Of a DNA stretch of 64,000 nucleotides, positions 57,501 through 64,000 are shown one piece after another. The DNA is from a virus. The notes below the pieces were generated by a model. That model was given only the letters and a program-made list of their open reading frames with translations, had not been told where the DNA came from and did no database searches. Position 1 is the stretch's first letter. Each line of letters starts with the position of its first letter. The stretch lies in the IMG/VR virus record IMGVR_UViG_3300045988_015843. One strand, given 5' to 3'. Both the position numbers and the translations under genes were made by a program.

Positions 57501-60500
57501 GCATTGTTTAACAGAGCGTCTCTTTTAAAGCTTAGAGATGAAAGCTATGTAGGTGTTAAGACTGAAAATGCTATCAATGCTACAAAACATATTATTGAAG
57601 GTCAGTTCTTCAGTGGTTCACATTAGTTTATCAAAGCTATTGAAAATTTAAGCAAGCTTGTTGGTAATGAACATCGTTACGAAACTGTTAATTTTGTCGA
57701 AGCAGCTACAAAAGCTATTAGCGCATCGATCAAATCAGAATACTTTAATTATTATGTCAATAAGCTATTTGGTGATTCTACATACGTAAGAGATCTTGTT
57801 AATGGGAGTTCGGAGCAGCATAACGTAAGATATCATTATGATAAAAAGGCCCCTTATATCGAGGTTGATGAAGATATGATTTATCCATTGAGAACGTATA
57901 TTGGTAAACCGATAAATATTTCATGGAAGACCAAAAGCGGTTCTCAAATGAAAGCATATCCGAATGTTATCGTTGCTATTAGTGGTAATAAAGTATATCT
58001 TCAGAAGGAGATATAGTTCAATAGTAAGGGTAGAAGATCACCTCTTACTGTTGATGCCAATATAGATGTACAATTTACTCAAGGTAATAATACAATATAT
58101 GACCGCATAGGAGCTCTTAAGACTCTTATTGAGAACAACAGTGCTCTTGCAGATCTTAAAGGTAATATATTGTTGCGTGATATAATATTAGCTGCAACAT
58201 AGAAGTATACTCCATCTCATAAACGCATTGCTGGAGAAGCATCTGATACGTATGATGATCTTAAGTTCATTAAGCTTGAAACATTCTTTGAAGATAATGG
58301 AGATAAGACTGATCAGTATATTAGAGCATGGGATTCATTGCTGAGATATACTAATGATAATGAAAGATTGTAGAATGCCATTCGTAAATTAGCAAACGAT
58401 CTTGTTATATACGCATTTATAACATCTGGCGATACTAAAGGATCCACTAAATTATTCCAGTATGTACCTGATTCCTGGAGAAACGGTGAGTTTAATCCTG
58501 AAGGTGTGACATCATATGCTGAATTTATTCGTAATAAACTTGACGAGTTAAATGGTTATGGCGAAACTAAGATAGATCTTGATGATGTTATATTGAATAA
58601 CTGGCAAAATGATCAGTTTGTACCAAGATATCGTGTGGATGATAAGGCTGAATAGCAAAAGCTGACACCTATATATACTGACGGACGTAATACATATGGT
58701 TATCCTGTAGTAATTCAGGGTATGAACATTGAAAAACCTGCGGATAAAAACCATATGCCTAAGGTAAATGTTGTAATAGATCCTACAAAGGCTCCTCAAT
58801 ATATTAAGATAACCCGTGATTATAAACATCGTAATTCACAAAGACAGTATTCTATATACAAGTTCCACTCTGTTGCTCAAACTGCTGATGGAATAAGGTA
58901 TCCTATATACGTTAAAGTTGAACCAAAAGGTATTACTATAAAATCTTCTGGTGGTACGTATATGGTGACAGAATATGGTCGTTCAGACAGACTAGATAAG
59001 GCTGAGAATAGCACTATACCTGAACTGTTTGAGTTGTTATACACAGCTCAAAACTTCCAAGATCAGTTGAGAGGTATGCCTAAGAGTGATCTAAAGGATT
59101 CTAATATATTATAGGACCTTAGACGATTTGCTGAGTTGGACATGGCTGAAAAGATGGCCATCAGTCGTAGATCATATAGTGCTAATATGGACATTGCACA
59201 AACTCAATCTGTTCAATTTAATGATACAACTTAGAATGTGAATGGTGTTACTAACACTGCTGTAAATCCGCTTACTATATCTGATAAAACTGAAGCATTT
59301 GGTGTAACTGTAGATCCTAAGCTTAAATAGAATTACAAACAATGGTTAGTAGATCATCCAAATGGTATTGTTGCGTATAGGATTAATTATAATAACTTTA
59401 ATACTGCTGAAAATGTAAATAAGAATATTATAGGAAATCCATTTGATTGGTAGAAATATGGTCAAGAAAAATCACTATAGATGTTCTACGAATGGCTTAC
59501 TACAGGGACTAATCATGGCGAAGTTTTAGCTACCGATGAATATCGTAATGCTATAATCAACAAGTTGCTAAGTATAGACAAGCCTGAAATTTTATATTAC
59601 AAAGAACTTGGTCATCCTAGTCATGCAACAGTTCTTGGATATCTTATTGAACACAAAGAGCTGTTACAACCTCAATCTCAAGCAAGTACGTCTGTTACCA
59701 GTAGTGCTACTTAGACAAATGATAGACCTGTTAATATATATTTTGGCAATGGTCAAAATGATGAAAATATCGAATTAAGTAATTTTGCAATAAGGCCGTT
59801 TTCGTTTACGCCAAAAGATTTTTATTTCGGAGATGATGCTCGCGAACACCAGTTTTATAGTGTAGAATAGGCGTTTTAGTATTATAAAATAATGGTGTTG
59901 GCGTCTATGTCCGGCTCTTTAAATTATTCGATACCTACAGGTGCTCAAGAGGCTGCTAGAAAAAGTATAAGTGCAAATAGAAACATTTTATTAAAAAGAG
60001 CACGAGAGATATTAAATGCTTCAACTTCTGCGCATGCGAGATATTTAGGTAGACAGCCTCTTGGATTGTAGGATGTATCTTCTCAATTTGGAACTATTGC
60101 CTCTGCCAAAGATATTGAAAAGTCTATATTTAAAGTTTGGGATGAGAGAAGTTCAAAAATAATGAAGGCTCTTATTAAAGCTTCTTTTGAACAGAATCCT
60201 CAAGCAGCTCAAAGACTTCTCGACACTGGTAACGCTACACTCACGCATAACCAAGATAAATCTAAGTGGAAGATTGAATTCCCAAGATTGTTAATGGAGG
60301 TTCGTGATGAGTTACGTAAATCTCAAAGTAATAGTGTTGATCAAACAAGTAGTATCGTAAATATAACCAATGATCCTCAAGAAATTATTAGTCTAAACAA
60401 CGTTGTCATAAGACCATTTGTGCATACGTTCGAAGACGGTAGTAAAAAGGAATTTAAATCTATAGCACAAGCCTTTCAATATATAAAAGCAACGTATGCA

Positions 60501-63500
60501 GATCCTGTTGTTAACGAAAATATAATTAGACAGATAGAACAGACTACAGATCCTTCTGATTTAATAGACCTTGGTGAATTTATCAAACAACTTGATGTTA
60601 AGTCTTGGGATAATGATTCTTATAATATAATGACACAATTAACCAAAGAATCATTTGAACAAAATCCATCTGCTGCTAAGATTTTGACTAATGAATTACG
60701 TAAAATCGGTGTTGACACTTCAAGTAAACCTCAGAGTAATAAATCTTATAACAGTATAACAATAAGCACAGGTTATACAAAAGGTGAACCTGAGGATAAT
60801 CCGAATACAGATTATGTATTTACTGAGAACGCAGAGGCTGCATTAGCTGTATCAAGTCGTGGACACGGTCTGGATAAGAGTGGAATATTTGACCAAGAAG
60901 AATTCCCGTTCAAAGGCAGTGTTAAGTTGAACGTATCTGATGTACATCAAACTAACAGTGCTGCTGTACGTACTGACGCCAAAGGAAACATTACACAAAA
61001 TGCATACGGTATTGTTGTTAAAAAATATCAACATGATGCGAATGGTAAATTTGTAGCACAACCAGGATGTTTTGAAGATACAGATGAAGATTTTAAAAAA
61101 TTCAAATCTATCAATAATATCGTCTTTAAAGACATAGAGCAATCTAAAAACACAAACATAGTATTTCCGTCACAGATCGCTCTTGGGCGAGCTGCGTTAC
61201 CATTGCAATTTGCGGGCTGGTTACACAATTAGCTTGAGCAAAGATTTGGGTTGGAGACTAATATAGAACGATCTAAAAAAGCTTCTTACGAAGGTTATGG
61301 TTTACGTGTAATTGGAGTTGGTACAAAAACTAACACATCTGTTGATACTAACAGCCAATCTAGTACTGAAGATTCTAAACCAAAGACTAATGAAGACAGT
61401 AAGTCTGTACAACAGATTAAATTAACAGCTGGTCAAGAAACTGCTAAGAAAGCCATATTGAACTTTATAAAGACTGCAGATGCTTCCAAAGGAGAGTATT
61501 TCACTCTAACAGGTAAAGCTGGTACAGGTAAGACTACGTTAATACAAGAGGTTATTAGAGAGATTGCTAAAGACAATCCTTATCAGAGATTTGTTGTATC
61601 TGCATTAGCTCATAAAGCAGTACAAGTCATATATGGTAAGACTAAAAAGTCTTCAAAGTTTGTTTCTGCTTCAACCGTAGCATCGTTACTTGGTATGAAA
61701 TTAGATCAAGAAACTGGAAAATTCAAGCAAGTTAAAAGTGGTAAATCCAAGATTAAACCCGGTAGTATATTGTTTGTAGATGAAGCGTCTATGTTGAATG
61801 AACAGAATATAGAATGTTTAATAGATGCTGCAATAAGTAGCGATTCTAAAGTCATATTCTTAGGTGATCCTGGACAACTTCCTCCAATACGAACAGGCGA
61901 TCTCGTTAAGTACGGAACTGATTCGTTATCTCCGGTATTTAAGACCCAAAAGGATGAATACTCAGCAGGTCTTACAGAAAGAATACGACAAGGAGAAGGT
62001 AGTCCGATATTGGATTATGCAGATACGTTCTGGAACTATAGTACAACAGAAGGTTAGACTGATCGACGTGTTAATGACGAAAATATGTCTCGTGTTGAAA
62101 ACGCTCAAGGATCTATTGAGTTTATAAACGAACAACAGGTTGATAAGATAGTACCGTTATTTAAACAAGCTGTTGAAACAAACAATCCTTCATTAGTTAA
62201 GATTGTAGCATATCATAATAAAGCTGTTAAAGAGTGGAACCAAGATATTCGTCGCAGTGTGTATGGTGATGAATATAGTCCGAACCCGTTACCTGGAGAT
62301 ATTCTGATGATGACAGATACATACAATGACCCAACGTCTGATGTTGCAAAACCGTTATTGTTTAATAGTGAAGATATATCTGTAATTAGTACAGGACCTA
62401 TTCGTACAGTAGATGGTATTCAAATCATGGAGACTACTATAAAAGACGCTCGTGGCAAAATGGTCACAGTGCCTTTAATAATACCTACTGCACAGAATAT
62501 AGCTGCGTTTACTGCTCAGAAAAATAAGTTATTTAGTTATGCTAAGTCGCTAAAATCCAAGAATTATAGAGCATATCTTAATGCATTAGATACGGCTTGG
62601 AATTATGGAACAGAATGGGCTCATGTTGAATATGGTTATGCTATAACAAGCCATAAATCACAAGGTTCTACATACGATGTATCTATTGTAGATTCTGCAG
62701 ACATCAACAGTAATGAATTTATGTCAGACATCAGTAAAGCTCGTAGTATCTATACAGCTATAACAAGAGCTCGTAACTCAGCTGTTATCTTACGTGACAA
62801 GCTTGGTACTCTCGATGTTGATCTGAAACAGCTTAATGACCGTATAAACGGTTATAAAGATGGTTCTGTAACACCTCCTGCTCAGATCACACCTGATACT
62901 GTAGATAATGTAGGTAATACATATAAAGAGAATATCGAAACATTGGAGTCTGATAAAACAATATTATCTAATGAAGAGATATTGAAGCTTAGACCATTTA
63001 CTGGTAATGATAAAGCTCCTCGTATAGCTGTTGCGTCCGAACATACTGATCCTGTATTTTTTGCTAAGCATATAAAAGACTTCTTCGATGGTAAAACATC
63101 TGTAAAACGAAAGTTCGGTGATCCAATCACGGCCAAAGACATCGATGCTTTATATATTATAACAAAGCATGATGGCATTCCTTTAAGAACCATTCTTTCT
63201 ATAAAAATACCTAAGATAATACATTTCAGTATAACAGGCATGGGTGGTACTAAATATGAACCTGGTGTTATGCCATATAACGAATTACTTGATCGTATTG
63301 GTGATTATATAAAGCAAGGTCTCGATCCATCTATGGTAACAGTTCGTATTGATCCTATTATACCTGGTGTAACACCTAGACATGTTATTGAAAATATTAT
63401 AAAACGAGCGTCTTCTATGGGTATTAAGAATATAAGATTTAGTGTTATGGACTTTTACTCAACAACAGCTCAGTTTACAGAAGCTGCTGGTTTTGATTAT

Positions 63501-64000
63501 TCTAAATATTACATACCGATGAAGGGTTATGATGGTAAATAGCTTATGACATTGATATCTAGGGACGGAAGATCGTTTTATGACTCTAGTGATAAAAATT
63601 CTCCGCTCAATAGTGCTAGAGGTAGGAGAGTTGGCAACAGCATTGTTGTTACTGTGAGTTATGGAGCTGAGACGAAGATGTATGTTCGTGGCAAAAGTGG
63701 TAAAGTTTTGACGAAGACTATAAATACGTCTGAAATGACCGATGATGCCATTAAGAGTAATACTGGGTGGAATGCTTTAACTGCAGATCAAATCATACAC
63801 GACTAGGTAGCAAACAGAGTAGCTGCTGGTGTATTATTACAACCGATGTATGAAAGACACGCTCGAAAAGAGGTAATAACCAACATTGCAAAAATAGTTA
63901 AAGAATATGGAGATAAATATGGTGTTACGTTGTCGACATGTGCTGAACCAGATATTCTTCCATCTGGAATATCTCATGAGGGTTGTTTGAGCGTTTAGGC
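42501..64000 (+). CDS. giant multi-domain (polyvalent-type) virion protein ORF including the crAss-type RNA polymerase; at least 7166 codons, 3' end outside the window
   Basis: All 24 plus-strand track ORFs from 42501 to 63806 start at coordinates congruent with 42501 modulo 3, and every one ends in TAG. I read every gap in frame by hand and found only TAG, never TAA or TGA. A TAA at 42482-42484 precedes the ATG at 42501. Confidence 0.7.
47622..48700 (+). other. PD-(D/E)xK (RecB/Cas4-like) nuclease domain inside the giant ORF
   Basis: 'GEPDLIAIDQDGGIHMIDIKTS' (48465-48521) gives the D...D-x-K motif, followed by 'QYSNQQTAYRML' (a QxxxY motif). Confidence 0.6.
51150..51164 (+). other. HExxH zincin motif inside the giant ORF
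   Basis: 'ENGVEYHEAFHRIFELI'; the codons cac gag gcg ttc cat lie at 51150-51164. Confidence 0.5.
56262..56396 (+). other. RNA polymerase double-psi beta-barrel catalytic region (DxDxD)
   Basis: 'LAYRIPTQAQSSIHALRCVDILP...AEFTRITGSDFDIDKLYL'. This is the R-x-P-T...S pattern followed by DFDID (56382-56396), analogous to beta-prime 'NRAPTLH...NADFDGD' and to the virion RNAP described for crAss-like phages. Confidence 0.65.
59352..59672 (+). other. DUF4326-like domain inside the giant ORF
   Basis: 'IIGNPFDW.KYGQEKSL.MFYEWL...ILYYKELGHPSHATVLGYLIE' resembles the 'GNPF...Y..WL...L.C.C....CHa.vL' pattern as I remember it. Weak call. Confidence 0.35.
59727..60320 (+). other. NADAR-like (YbiA/DUF1768) domain, copy 1
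   Basis: 'IYFGNGQNDENIELSNFAIRPFSF...FYSVE*AF*YYK...ALIKASFEQNPQAAQRLLDTGNATLTH...LLMEVRDEL' follows the NADAR pattern (LSNF..PF, SxE.YFQ..K, LL.TG...L). Confidence 0.55.
60352..60700 (+). other. NADAR-like domain, copy 2
   Basis: 'IVNITNDPQEIISLNNVVIRPFVH...FKSIAQAFQYIKA...QLTKESFEQNPSAAKILTN' is paralogous to copy 1. Confidence 0.5.
61440..62800 (+). other. SF1 (Dda/RecD/Pif1-like) helicase domain inside the giant ORF
   Basis: Walker A 'TGKAGTGKTT' (about 61509-61538), Walker B 'ILFVDEASML', 'FLGDPGQLPPI', 'YAITSHKSQGSTYDVSIV' and 'IYTAITRARNSAVIL'. Confidence 0.7.
63010..64000 (+). other. DUF1848-like domain inside the giant ORF (truncated by the window)
   Basis: 'IAVASEHTDPVFFAKHI', 'YIITKHD', 'IHFSITGMGGTKYEPGVMP', 'VTVRIDPIIPG', 'IRFSVMDFY' and '...LSTCAEPD...HEGC' parallel DUF1848 landmarks ('ISASRRTDIPAFY', 'FWTKNP', 'FTxTxYGxxxEPNVP', 'WRYDPI', 'ISFVDxY') recalled from memory. 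Confidence 0.45.

Noticed and set aside
63546-63806. A possible inserted element splitting the DUF1848-like domain (segment 'MTLISRDGRSFYDSS...').
   Set aside because: It has no intein or intron hallmarks, and it may simply be a variable loop of the family. This cannot be judged without an alignment.
42501-64000. Reading the giant frame as about 24 separate genes that each terminate at TAG.
   Set aside because: It would require every successive gene to start in the same frame as the previous one, and many pieces lack any plausible start codon right after the TAG. Internal initiation or processing still cannot be excluded, and the finding says so.

Overview
This 64-kb window looks like a fragment of a crAss-like (Crassvirales-type) podophage genome, AT-rich and probably from a Bacteroidota host. 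All gene and domain calls come from reading the sequence and recalling motifs; no searches were run.

The main result is that TAG is not a stop codon here. Nearly every large gene appears in the ORF track as same-frame pieces separated only by TAG. Every real gene end I could find is TAA or TGA. An internal paralog pair places both TAG positions opposite CAA (Gln).

Layout:
1. Minus-strand block, 25-4350: HExxH protein, PLC-like phosphodiesterase, ThyX and a DUF4065-like protein. Several of these contain TAG.
2. Divergent AT-rich control region with roughly 40-bp iterons, 4356-4547.
3. TAG-free plus-strand block, 4726-8528: small early proteins, an aberrant tRNA-like gene, a suppressor-type tRNA(CUA) split by a 979-nt HNH-endonuclease insert, dUTPase and tRNA-Val.
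4. Late block, 8613-42484: tail-fibre-like genes, TerL, a portal carrying a LAGLIDADG intein, scaffold-like protein, MCP, Ig-like head protein, a lysis cassette, a 1545-aa tail protein and two ejection-type proteins.
5. One continuous reading frame from 42501 to the window end. It has at least 7166 codons, about 50 in-frame TAG and no TAA or TGA. It strings together a PD-(D/E)xK nuclease, an HExxH peptidase motif, the crAss-type RNA polymerase DFDID motif, a DUF4326-like domain, two NADAR-like domains, an SF1 helicase and a DUF1848-like domain.
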